From Piromyces finnis finn (Eukaryota; Fungi; Neocallimastigomycota): a DNA stretch of 64,000 bases. The stretch covers positions 1-64,000 of the forward strand of contig MCFH01000062.1 of NCBI GenBank assembly GCA_002104945.1. The letters run 5' to 3'. This document shows, piece after piece, positions 50,972 through 64,000 of this stretch. Both the position numbers and the translations under genes were made by a program. The notes below the pieces were generated by a model. That model worked only from the letters and a program-made list of their open reading frames with translations. It searched no databases and was not told the origin of the DNA. Every line of letters starts with the position of its first letter. Position 1 is the stretch's first letter.

Positions 50972-53072
50972 ATGAAAAAAATCAAAAATAAAAAAATCAA
51001 AAAAAGCATAAAATATTATGTTGAATCATTTTTTGAAAATGTATACTCGTCGGAAAAAGTATTTCAGGCAAAAACACAAATTATAAATAAATTAAATGAA
51101 GAATATGAAAAAGAAAAAGAAATAAATAAAAAAAATCCTTTTGAAATTATTGTTCAAAAATATAATAGTTTAGAGTTAATGGTAAAATACTTGGAATATA
51201 ATACTGGAACAATTGATCAATGGTTTAATAAAGAAGTTACAACTACATATGATGAATTTAAGGAAAATCTAAAAAAAAAAGAAATTTTATATTTATATCA
51301 TTACATTGTTTGGCTTTTTTTCACTAGAAAATTTAATAAATTCTATGCTCTATAGGGAAGCTTTTTTATCATTTTTAATATTTTCAATATATTTTTTAAT
51401 TGCTGAAATAATAATAATAAAAAATTACGAGGAAGACGATTTAAAAGAATTATTACCAGTAGATTCAAAATTACATTTAGAAAAAATATTTGATAAATAT
51501 TCAAAAAAATGTTTAGTATGGCTATTTATTGTCTATATTAAACTATATGATATAATTTTAAATATAACTAGTTTATTTATAAATTCTAAAGAATATGCGT
51601 TAATTGAGGAATTAAAAAAAATGTCGCTTACATTTAATATCATATTGTTCTTTTTTATAAAAAATTTTTTAATTATGAAATGGTTAAACAAGAAAATAGA
51701 TTTTGAAAAAGAAAGCAATTTTAAAAAAATAATGTATAGAATTTCGGTATTTTCAACTTTATATTTAATTGCTTCAATAATTATAAACTATGCATTTGAT
51801 AAAATATTCGTATTTAATCTGAGTATTAATATTATTTATATATATTGTATTTGTGCCTTTATACTCTATTTTATCGGAACGAAAAAATTTACATATAATG
51901 TATATAAACCAATTATTAATATGTATATATTGATTTTTATAACTATTATATTAGTTATTGGTGGAGGATATTTATATTTATCAAGAGATATATGGTTAAT
52001 ACAGCCTTATATAAATTCCATTTCATACATTTATGAGGGAAATAATATTATATCATATAATGAAGAAACTGGAATATATACTATTGTTAAAAATAACGAT
52101 GATTTTAAAATATTACAACTTACTGATATTCATTTAGGTGGAGGTGTTATTTCATATGATAAAGATTTGAAAGCACTAGAAGCATCCTATAAATTAATTC
52201 AATATACTAAACCTGATTTAATAGTAGTAACAGGTGATTTAACTTATCCTGTTGGGTTATCTTCATTTAGTTTCAATAATTTAACGCCTGTATCACGATT
52301 TGCTGCATTTATGAGAAATACAGGAGTTCCTTGGATATTTACTTATGGTAATCATGATACCGAATGTTTAGCTATTGGAAATGAAAAAGACTTAAATCAA
52401 CTGTTTAAGTCTTTATCATGGAAAACTAGTAGAAGTTTACTATATCCATATATTCAACCTGAAATTAATGGAGAACCGATATGGGGCAGAAATAATCAAT
52501 TAATAGAAATTAGAAATAAGGATTATACATTAAATCAAGTATTATTTTTAATTGATTCTAATGATTATGTAGGAAAAGGGTTTTCTAAATATGATTACAT
52601 TCATGATGACCAAGTAGATTGGTATAAAAATGAAATATTAAGATTAAATCATATGGAAGGAAAACCAGTTTCTTCTTTAGTATTTTTTCATATCCCACTT
52701 CAACAATATAAAACAGCGTATGATTTGTTTATTAATGGTAGTGATGAAGTAAAATATTTTTTTGGATTTAATGGTGAAAAATCTCAAAATAAAATATGTT
52801 GTAGTAAATATCCGAGTAAATTGTTTGATGTTGCAAAAGAGTTAAATTCAACCAAAGGGTTCTTTTGTGGTCACGATCATTATAATAATATGTCTTTGGA
52901 ATATCAAGGAATAAGACTTACATATGGAATGAGCATTGATTATTTAGTTGAACCTGGAATTGCACGAGATACAAAGCAAAGGGGTGCAACGTTAATAATA
53001 TCTTATAAAAATAGTACTATTGATATAAAACAGGTGCCTTTAATATCAATTAAAGAAAAAAAGTCTAAATAA
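50972..53072 (+). CDS. Membrane-anchored calcineurin-like metallophosphoesterase (Dcr2-like, bacterial type), split by a +1 frameshift in the A10 run at 51271-51280
   Basis: Motifs TDIH, TGDL, YGNHD, FFHIP and CGHDH, preceded by several TM segments. Deleting one A fuses the 127-aa and 588-aa ORFs into a 699-aa intronless protein. Confidence 0.85.
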
Positions 53073-54119
53073 AAAGAATAATAATATTCAATAATATTAC
53101 GTATAACATATTAATTAAATATAAAATAATTTATTTTAAAATATTGGAAAATATTTAAATAATATTTAATAAATATTTAATGAAGAAGAAGAAAAATTTA
53201 ACTTATTAATGTGTAACTAAATTTTCATTAAAAATTGTTTTTATGTTTAAAAATATAAAATATATTATTAAAAAATATAAACTTTTTTTTTTATAATAGA
53301 AAAGTTGTCAATTATTAGAAGAAAATTTAATATTTATTTATATATTAAGGATTAAAATTATCATTTTAAAATATTCCCTTATTATAAACTATAAACTTTA
53401 AAATATTTATAATTTTCATTCAACTATCATTATTAGAATAATATTTCCTTATTCTTTTTTTTTTAACAATTAAATTTAATTAAATTTTTAAATTATAAAG
53501 GTTTATAATTTATTGGCAAAAAAAAAAAAATAATTGATTCTGTCACAAAGTTAAAATTTTTAAAAAATTTTAACAAATATATTATATTCAATTCTGAATA
53601 TATAAACCTATATAGGTTTATATATTTTGTTTTTAGATATAGAGAAAAAAAACAATTAAATAGAGTTTAATTATTTAACAATTTAATATAGTATTTTTTC
53701 AATAATCATTTATTAATTCATATTTACTATTATGTAATGTTTTAGTAGAAATAATTATTTTTTATTATAAACATCTGATATTATAATTTTCAAATATAAT
53801 ATAAATATATGTTTATATATTCATTATTTAACCATTTAAATAAACTTTTCTTGAAAAATTGAATAATATTTATATTATTTTTAAAAAGTTAATTTTAAAA
53901 ATCAAAAATAAAAAAAAAAAAAATTTTAAATTTTTAAATTTTTGGTAAACTATATTTTTAGAATTTTAATTTTCCTTTAGCTTTTATATTATTAAAAATA
54001 TATTAGATTTTAAATAAATATCTTTTTTTTTTTGAAAAAAAAATCAATTTTCAATAGATATTTAATTGCTATGTTATATACATTGTAATTATTTTTAATT
54101 ATATAGATACTAATGAAAA

Positions 54120-56992
54120 ATGAAAAGGAATAAATATTGAAATTTTCAAAAATTAAAATATAGCTTTATCGATATATAATTTATATAAAATTTAGTAATT
54201 TAATTAATAATGAATATAATAAATAATAAATAATAAATATAATATAATAATATAATAAATATTTATATATATTATTTTATACGATTATACATAGTTCTAT
54301 CAATAAACTATTTCATATAGTTTATTACATAATAATATCTTGTTTATGTTTAGATTTAATCAATACTACTAAAGTATCCGTTAATAATAAAAATGATTTA
54401 ATAAATGGGTTTTCGAAAGCTAATAACAATAATCTGAGTGAATTAATCATTAATATTAATGATGTTACGTTGGATTTAACCGAAAATATTAAGGTTGACT
54501 CTTCCGTTGAAAAATTACATATTATCGGAAAATCAAAAGAAAAATCAGTATTGAATTTTAGTGATATTGGAAATGGTATAATTTTAACAAATTTGTTATA
54601 CAAAACAACTCAAGAAATTAAATTCACTAATCTTACTATCACTGGTCGTCTTGAATTTTATAGTATTGTAAATGTTGAATTGGAAGATGTGATCATAAAT
54701 GGAAGTTTTCTTTTCGATAAATCAAATAATTATATTTGGGATTCAGGAAGTGATAGTAGTTATAACGCCGAATATATGGAAAAAAATTTAGATGTCACCA
54801 TTACTTTGAAAAGAATTTTATATAATGCATATACGAATACAGCATATCGTTGTATAAATTTATTTGGAAATGTAATTATAGATGATTCCGAATTCTATGG
54901 ACATTCTTCATGTGTAGATACAATTCTTGATTACAATGGAGAATATTATAATTATTTAAGTATTAGTAATTCCTATTTCAATGGAATGCATTCAAATAAA
55001 TGTTTAAAAATATATAATTCAGCATTAGCAACAATTGATTCCTGTTCTTTTGAAAATGGATTAGCCAATGTATATGAAGAGTAATAAAATAAAATTTTTA
55101 AAAATTTGTTAAATTTACATAAATTTAATTATATATTAATATTAAAAATTATTATATTCACTAAAAATAAAAATCAATAATTAACTGATATATAGAAGTA
55201 CCCATGAAGATGAAGAAAATGGAGGGTAGTAAAATTAATCCTTTTAAAATTAGTTTTAAGAAAATTTAAATATATTATAATGTAATTATTTATAATAAAA
55301 ATCTATATTTATATAATAAATAATTTAAATATAGGGGTGCCATGTTAATTTATTATTCAAAAACGGAAATTAAAAATTGTAAATTTAGGAATTTTTATTC
55401 TCCAAAATACGGAGGAATATTTATTATATTAAATACCCATATTCTTTCAAAGCAGATGGACTAGAAATATATAATTCGACAGCCTTTCGTTATGTATTTT
55501 TGAAGACTTTAATTTATATAACACGAAGTAATAATATGTTATATTAAAAATTGATACATATAATTTCAAATATATTTAATTTTTTTTATATTTTAATAAA
55601 ATAATATTATTATTTCAAAAGTTTTATATATACACCTTATAAGAATGATATAGTACTTGATAATGTATACATTGATGAATATCATCTAAAAAATGAAGCA
55701 ATTTTTATTTGGAGTTATAATGAATCTGATGAGCCAAGTAAATAATTTTATTTTTTTCATTTAATTTTATTTATGTGCTTAATAATTAAAATTATTATAT
55801 TTTAATATTAAATAATCATTTATTAAATATAGGTACTTTAATAATGAAAGATGTTACAATTAAAAATATCAATTTATTTGGAAGTAAATATTAAAATTTA
55901 TATTATAAATATATTCTTATAATAAATTTAATAAAAATTGTTTAAAAATAATTTTTGATATATAATATATAATATTAGCTTTATCATATTATTTTAATGC
56001 CAATATATCAATGACAAATGTTACGGTATTACATTTACATATATAAATTATTTGTTTTTTACTTCTATTATATTAAATTAATTTTTCATCAAGTATTCAA
56101 ATAATTGTTTTAAAGATATAGAATGTAAAACAATTGGTGAAATTATAGAATTTCCTGGTATTAATGATAATATAAGTACCGTAAATATATCAAATTCAAC
56201 ATTTGAGAATTTAAATGGAGGTATGGAAAATAAAATGTTTTTTTTTAGATATTATTTTTACTTTCGTTATAAAATAAAAACGTATATAAAAATATTAATT
56301 AAATTTAATAATTCAATTAAATGCAAAAAAATAATATAGCATACGGTATTACGGTGTTTAATAATGTAAAATATAATATAAATAATATTACAGTAACAAA
56401 TTGTAATTACGAATATGGGGTTTTTCTCGTAATGTATGAAACAAATTCTTCAGTTACTGTCAATAATTCAAATTTTAAAAATAATACCGCATATGAAGGG
56501 ACAATATTTTATATATACAGCGTAAGACCAAATTATGATAATGATATTACAATTAATAATTCATTATTTGAAAATAATTATGCAGAAAATTTTGGAGGTG
56601 TAATTTATGTTCCAAATGAGCTTTTAATTTCAAATGATATTTCTAAAATAGAATTTAATGATTGTGAATTTAAAAATAATACTGCTAAAAAAGGTATTTC
56701 ATTTTAAATTATAATTATTAATAATACATATAGTATTCAACAAATTTAATAAAGAATAATTCAAAATTTATATTAATACATTTGAAATATTATATTTATA
56801 AATAAATTATAAATTTAAAAGGAAATATTTCATTTAGTTATTCAAAAATAGATGGACCATATTTCTCAAATATTGATGAATTGATAAAAGAAGGTGCTAT
56901 TGTTACAAATCCAACACACATTGGATTATTACCAGATTCCGAAAAATCAATTAATGTATTATCTGGTGAAACATTATTAAATGGAATAAAAT
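54120..56992 (+). pseudogene. Truncated copy of the beta-helix-ectodomain GPCR gene (ectodomain exons only)
   Basis: Homologous to the 57859 gene. The intron-1 donor is GA (54128-54129) instead of GT, there is an apparent -1 frameshift near 55430, and coding similarity stops at the LINE fragment with no EGF or TM exons. Confidence 0.7.
54141..55074 (+). repeat. Near-identical duplicated block; second copy at 57881-58814 (offset 3740)
   Basis: The intron and exon sequence match. The only difference I noticed is S/G in WDSG(S/G)D. Confidence 0.92.
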
Positions 56993-57023
56993 GTAATATT
57001 AAAATATTAAATAATAAAATAAA

Positions 57024-57057
<34 letters not shown>

Positions 57058-57064
<7 letters not shown>

Positions 57065-57387
57065 GAAGAAAAACCCTAACAACAAATTCCTTAATTCAAA
57101 TAGCCTAATGCATATTGGTCTCAACAAACCTCACTTAAATTTAGGAATTACTTGGATTATTCGTATTAGGTAGGGACCAATCCCACACTGTACGGATTGC
57201 AGAGTTCATTGAACTTTTATGCTACTTTTATAATTATTTTATTTTATATTTATATATATATATTATTATTATTATTTTTTTTATTTATTATTTACTATAT
57301 CAATATGTATTATTACCTAATATAATGTAATATCACAAATTAAATAAATACAAAAAAGAAATCTATTCTCTTCCTAGTCAAAAAAAA
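57058..57387 (+). mobile_element. 5'-truncated, internally deleted copy of the 22-28 kb LINE
   Basis: Matches ~26986-27102, then jumps to 27762 onward, and ends with the same attctcttcctagtc + poly(A) terminus. Confidence 0.92.
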
Positions 57388-57858
57388 TTTTTTTTTTGAA
57401 TATTAGTTTTTTAAACATAAATATATATATATTATATTAATATTTTATGTATATTTTATTATATCACAATTTCTATTCAATAAAATAATTAGTAACAAAA
57501 TGTTATTTTATATTTTTAAATATAAATATTTTAAAATTTTTATTCGTTTAGATAGTTTAATATTTTAAATTACTTAAAGGAAAAAAGTTTATTATTAATA
57601 AATATAAAAAGTTATTTTGATATTTGAGAATTTAGAATTTTGGTAACAAATTAAATATATAAGTATTATAAAATATAATTTTTGATCTTTAAATTTTTTT
57701 TTAAAAAATTTAAAAAATAATTTAGATTTTTAATAAATATAAATTCTTGTTAAAATTTTATTTTTCTTTTCTAAAGTTAAAATTCATATTAAATTATTAT
57801 GGCTTATATATAAAATAGATATTTTTTTTAATTATATAAATATTAATAAAAATAAAAG

Positions 57859-60800
57859 ATGAAAAGGTATTAAATATAGAAATTTTCAAAAATTAAAATA
57901 TAGCTTTATCGATATATAATTTATATAAAATTTAGTAATTTAATTAATAATGAATATAATAAATAATAAATAATAAATATAATATAATAATATAATAAAT
58001 ATTTATATATATTATTTTATACGATTATACATAGTTCTATCAATAAACTATTTCATATAGTTTATTACATAATAATATCTTGTTTATGTTTAGATTTAAT
58101 CAATACTACTAAAGTATCCGTTAATAATAAAAATGATTTAATAAATGGGTTTTCGAAAGCTAATAACAATAATCTGAGTGAATTAATCATTAATATTAAT
58201 GATGTTACGTTGGATTTAACCGAAAATATTAAGGTTGACTCTTCCGTTGAAAAATTACATATTATCGGAAAATCAAAAGAAAAATCAGTATTGAATTTTA
58301 GTGATATTGGAAATGGTATAATTTTAACAAATTTGTTATACAAAACAACTCAAGAAATTAAATTCACTAATCTTACTATCACTGGTCGTCTTGAATTTTA
58401 TAGTATTGTAAATGTTGAATTGGAAGATGTGATCATAAATGGAAGTTTTCTTTTCGATAAATCAAATAATTATATTTGGGATTCAGGAGGTGATAGTAGT
58501 TATAACGCCGAATATATGGAAAAAAATTTAGATGTCACCATTACTTTGAAAAGAATTTTATATAATGCATATACGAATACAGCATATCGTTGTATAAATT
58601 TATTTGGAAATGTAATTATAGATGATTCCGAATTCTATGGACATTCTTCATGTGTAGATACAATTCTTGATTACAATGGAGAATATTATAATTATTTAAG
58701 TATTAGTAATTCCTATTTCAATGGAATGCATTCAAATAAATGTTTAAAAATATATAATTCAGCATTAGCAACAATTGATTCCTGTTCTTTTGAAAATGGA
58801 TTAGCCAATGTATATGGAGGGTAATAAAATTAATATTTTTAAAAATCTAATTATTTTAAATAAATTTAAATATTTATATTTTTAAAAAAATTATATATAA
58901 TGTATACAATAATTATATAATTTTTATATAGAGGTGCTATGTTAACTTATTATTCAAATGTAGAAGTTAAAAATTGTAAATTTAAAGATATTTATTCTCC
59001 ATATTACGGAGGAATATTTTATATTCTTTATCCCATTTCTTTCACAGCAGATGGACTTGATATACATAATTCAACAGCCATTTATGGAGTAATCTATATA
59101 ATATTAATATATAATAAAAATAATTATATATCAATATATAAAATAGCATAAGAATAAGAATATAATTAAATTAAAATGTTTCTTATTAATAACTATTATT
59201 AATTATACTAATATAATAAATATTAAAATATAAAGGGAAGTCTTTCTTACATATATTCAATAATGGATTATACTGCTGATATCAATTTTAATAATGTAAA
59301 TCTTTATAGTTCTGGTGAAAATTTAAATATTTTATACGGTGGTTTATTAGCAAGGTACTTAAATTTATATATATTTATTTTACTTTTTGTTTTTAAAAAT
59401 ATGTAATTTAAAAAATTATTAATATAATTAATATTATATTTATACATTTAATTTTAAAGTATTACTGGAAAAATAAATTTAAATATAAATAATTTTTATG
59501 GTGAAAACTTATATTCCGGGGGTGGATATGGTTTATTTATTATAGAGGATGGTGTTTCTGTTGAAATAAAGTAAGTGTAAAAAAATATTTTATAAATAGT
59601 AAAACAAATATATAGTTATTACTAGCAAAATGCATACATTTAATAATTATATATTAATTTTAATAAATTCTAGAAACATTGAATTGCGTCATGTTATGGG
59701 ACCAAATATGGGTAGTTTATTGGTATATTCATATGAAAATCTTAATAATCCAAAATTTCATATTACCAATGGAACATTTATTGATTTTTATCAAGATCTT
59801 TCAAGACCATCATCAGTAGCAGTAGCATTAGCATTTATAATGTCTGGAGAACAAATTGATATATTACTAAAAAAGTAATTTTCTTAATAGAAATTAATTT
59901 AAAATTAAGTTTTTTATTATTATTATTTTTATTAATACCTTAATTTATATCTTTATTTTTTAATAAAACATAGCTGCGTTTTTAAAGACCTTGTTTTTTA
60001 TAATGCAAAGTAATATAACAAAATAATAATAACATATTATATTTTATTATATTAATAATATTCAACATTATTAATAATTTAAATAATACTTTTAATATTA
60101 CTAAAGCTTAATCAATACGGATTTAAAGAGTAATATTGTACTGGATAATGTATATATTGATGGATATTATTTGCAAAGAGAAATTGATCTAATCGCGAAT
60201 TATAATGAATCTAATGATACTAGTAAATATATAATTTTTATTTAATAAATAATAATTAATAAAAATATACTAAAAGAAATAAATATAGGTACATTAACTA
60301 TGAAAGATGTAACTATTAATAATGCCAATTTAATAAGATGTAAATATAAAAATGATATTAACATTATTTATTTTATATTTGAATGACAAATTTTATTCCT
60401 ATTTTTTAAATAATTACATATAATAACCTTATTTTTTATTAATTTAATATTTTATTTTTAGCATTAGCATATTATATTAGTGTGGATATGTTGATGTCTA
60501 ATGTTACTGTAAGATAATAATACTATTTAACTATATTATAGTATATAAGTTTGGTTTTTTAACGAACTATCTTATTATAGTATTCAAATAACAGTGATGG
60601 AAAAGAAAATTATAATTCTAAAAATGAAATAATACATATATTGGGTACTAATAATAGCAATATAAATATAGTAGATTCAATATTTGATAATCTCTACGGA
60701 TGTAAATAAAAGCATATATTAATGAAGTTTTATTTAATTATAATATATATAATATATATTATTAACGAGGATTAAAAGGATAATTATTTATTAATTTAAA

Positions 60801-63796
60801 TAATATAATTATTTTTCATTATAATAAGATTATGGTATATCAGTTTCCGATAATATAAATTTAAAAATGGTTAATTCTACAATAAAAAATTGTTTTTTCA
60901 AGTATGGCGTAATTTATGTTTCATACACTACATCTGCTTCCTTAACAATTGATAATACATATTTTGAAAATAATTTAGCATATTACGGTACAATATTTTA
61001 TATTGCTAAAGTTAGAGATAATTATAAAAATGATATTATTATTAATAATTAATTATTTAAGGAAAATCGGGCATACTATTTTGGAGGAGTAATTTATACG
61101 ATGAAAGATTTTATAAATTCAATTGATAATAATTCTAGAATTCAATTTAATAATTGTGAATTTCTAAATAATATAGCAACTAAAGGTAATTACAAAATTA
61201 TATAATTTTAGTATTAAATATTATAAATAATAATAATGAAAATGTTTCTAAAAAAATAAATTGTTAATATATGAATAATATAAAATATATATATATAAAG
61301 GGAATGTTTCTTATAGCTATGTAAAATCAGATAAACCATACTTTACAAATAGTGAGGATTTAATAAAAGACGGTGCTATTGTAACAAATCCAACACATAT
61401 GAAATTAGATTCAGATTCTATAGATACTATAAATATGTTATCTGGAGAAACAATATTAAAAAAAATAAATTGTAATATAATTGGATTTTTCTTTTATTTT
61501 TATTACAACTTTTTAAAATACAAAAATAGTTTAACTTATAAATTTTTTCATTTAATATACATTATAATTTAATTAGTTGTTATTGAAGATGATTTTGATC
61601 AAGGTAACTTATTAAATATTCAATTAATAAATACCCTTATAATTTTATTAATAAAATTATTATAATACATTTTTTAGTAATAAATACAGATCCAATTGAA
61701 AAAATTTCAGATTTAATATTTTTCAATATAGAAATGAATGATACATATAATGCAAAATTAATTGGACAAACTGGATTTTATTGCGATATTGGTATTTGTA
61801 CTATTCCATCGTTTAAAGGTAGGTTTGAAACTAGTCTCACATTAAATATATATTAATATATAGTTAAGACAATTAGAATAATAATGTATATGCCTTGAAT
61901 ATTTCAATCAAACTAAACTATATATGTTAATTTATAAAATTATAAATAGTTGTAGGAATACCAGGAAATTATGAACTCATAATAAGCTTACAAACTTTTG
62001 GTAATTTTATTAAAAAAATATTTTAATAATATAATAAATGTAATAATATTAATAATATTCTATTCATAATATATCATTATAGGAAATTATATAGAGTTTA
62101 ATAATAGTAAAATAGAAGTTGGACTAACTATTAATGAGTGCAATGATTCATATTTATATCAAGATATTGAAAATATTGGAATTAAATCATGGTATTAACT
62201 TATTTAAAAATAAATAATACTTATAAAATTAATAATATAAAAAATATAGATTATTAATTTCATAATATTATATATTATATATTATACATATACATATACA
62301 AAATAAATAAATAAATAAAAAAAAGTTATCTTCCAAAATGTAATCCATCATGTAATACAGGAAAATGTATTAATATTAATATTTGTGATTGTTCAAACTC
62401 ACAATACGTAGGATTATATTGTAATGAATATTATAAGACCGAAAAAACAGAAATTTTAGATTTAGTTGTAAAGATTATTTCGTATTCTTTAACGTTCATT
62501 ACAATATTATTATTAATTGGAATATGGGTATTCAAAAAAAATGAAAAAGTTAAAGCTGGTAAAAATAAAAAAAAAAATTAAATCTATTTACTAGCAATGT
62601 TTTTTTTAATTAGTTCATGATAAATTAAAAGTATTAATTTTTTCTAACAAAATATATTATATAAATAATATATAGCAAGTTTTGATTTCTTAGTATTAAT
62701 TTTAATTGGAATTATTATTAACAATATGTACTTGATTGTATTAACAAAAAAACAAGATTCTGTAGAAAATTGTGTTGCTGAATACTTATTTAAAAATGTG
62801 GTGTGTATATTTAACTTATTCTAATCTTTATATAAATATATATATTCATTTAATTGTTTTAGAAATGAATAAAACACTTTAATTAATAAAAAAAATTTTT
62901 TTTCCTATTATTTCAGGGATTTTCTTTAGTATTTGGTTGTATTCTTGGCAAAACACTTAGAATATTCATCATGTATAACTAATAATTTAATAATTTATAT
63001 AATTTATATACTAAAATTAATATTGAATAATGATTAAAATGAAAATTAACGATTTAAAATTTAAAATTTAATTTATATAGATTTGAAAATAATAGAAAAT
63101 TAAAATTTCTAATCAGAAAAAAACCAATGTATTCAATTGTTTTTTCAATTTTATTATTCCATTTAGCCACAACTTTAATAATGACATTGAAAAATGAGGT
63201 ACATTTGAATATTCAAGAAATAACATATAACGGAAAAAAACAGCAATATAATTCATGCAGTTTTCCACCATTAAAAAAAATTGGGTATATAATACTATTT
63301 TTTTTTAAAATATATATATATAATAATTTACTGATAAAAATCTTTAAAAAAAAGTTTTATGGTAAACATTATTATTATTTTCATAGAATCTGCATGATCA
63401 TATGGAAATAGAAATGTAAAAGAAAACTTCAAGGAGGTATAATATATTTAATTATAGTAATAATAATAATAACAATAATTTTAAAAATATTATATTAACA
63501 TAAATTTTTTTTAAAAAAAAAAAAAATCTTTTTAAATTGATATTTATTAGTCTTTAACTATACCTGCCTATACCTATATATTATTAACTATTTTAATAGA
63601 CGTTGTATCAGTCGAATATGGAATATATCATTATATATTTAATGCTGTAGGAATGGTTATTAATACAATCGTTGTATTGTACTTTATATATATTAATAAA
63701 TATTTTAAATTGTTTTTTAATATTACAAAAGATTCATCAACTAATGTATTAAATACCACAATTAATAATAATTCAAATACATTTATTTTTAAATAA
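57859..63796 (+). pseudogene. Multi-exon anaerobic-fungal GPCR (pectin-lyase-like beta-helix ectodomain, EGF-like domain, class-C-like 7TM) with an in-frame TAA at 61050-61052
   Basis: Exon 1 (57859-57866) and the exon at 58035 give a signal peptide. Asn-rich beta-helix exons (GGVIY, F.N..A), EGF CNPSCNTGKCININICDC...GLYC, and TM exons including GFSLVFGCILGKTLRIF, NVKENFKE and SLTIPAY...KYF-stop at 63794-63796. TAA stands where the paralogue has TCA (Ser). The TM5 region could not be resolved cleanly. Confidence 0.72.
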
Positions 63797-64000
63797 ATGC
63801 TATCCTATTAATATTAATAAAATATTGAAATATAATTAATGATTTAGAAATATTTTCTAAAGAAAAAAACATTATTATTAATAGATTTCAAAAACAAATT
63901 TATTAAAAAAAATAAAGAATAAAGATAACATTTTAAAAGTTGCAGAAAAAAATTTTTTTTTTTCTTTTACATTATATTTAATTATTTTTATTATTATTTT

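Noticed and set aside
57160-57172. LINE fragment deletion explained as a spliced intron
   Set aside because: The deleted segment has no GT..AG ends in any register, and the TATT microhomology explains it better.
54325-58343. Minus-strand 92-aa ORFs at 54325-54603 and 58065-58343
   Set aside because: They are antisense to the duplicated GPCR exon and identical only because the block is duplicated.

Overview
Very AT-rich, intron-containing eukaryotic DNA. The gene content points to an anaerobic gut fungus (Neocallimastigomycota): GH11+CBM1 xylanases, a CE6 esterase with fungal dockerins, a scaffoldin-like gene, and beta-helix/EGF class-C-like GPCRs. From left to right: a divergent GH11 pair (one with intact catalytic glutamates and a ~100x27-bp linker, one lacking the acid/base Glu); a 7TM membrane protein; a scaffoldin-like surface protein; an LRR/Tyr-rich putative GPI protein; a CE6-dockerin gene with an in-frame stop; a near full-length APE-RT LINE with structured 124-bp 5' monomers; an unknown multi-exon gene; a tandem array of five intronless bacterial-type P-loop GTPase genes (one a double pseudo-GTPase); a 1.2-kb imperfect palindrome; an S8 protease; a bacterial-type membrane metallophosphoesterase with a homopolymer frameshift; and two tandem, damaged GPCR copies separated by a deleted LINE fragment. 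The best leads are the GTPase array, the GH11 pseudoenzyme and the LINE 5' RNA structure. All calls were made by eye with no database searches, so family names rest on motifs and recall.
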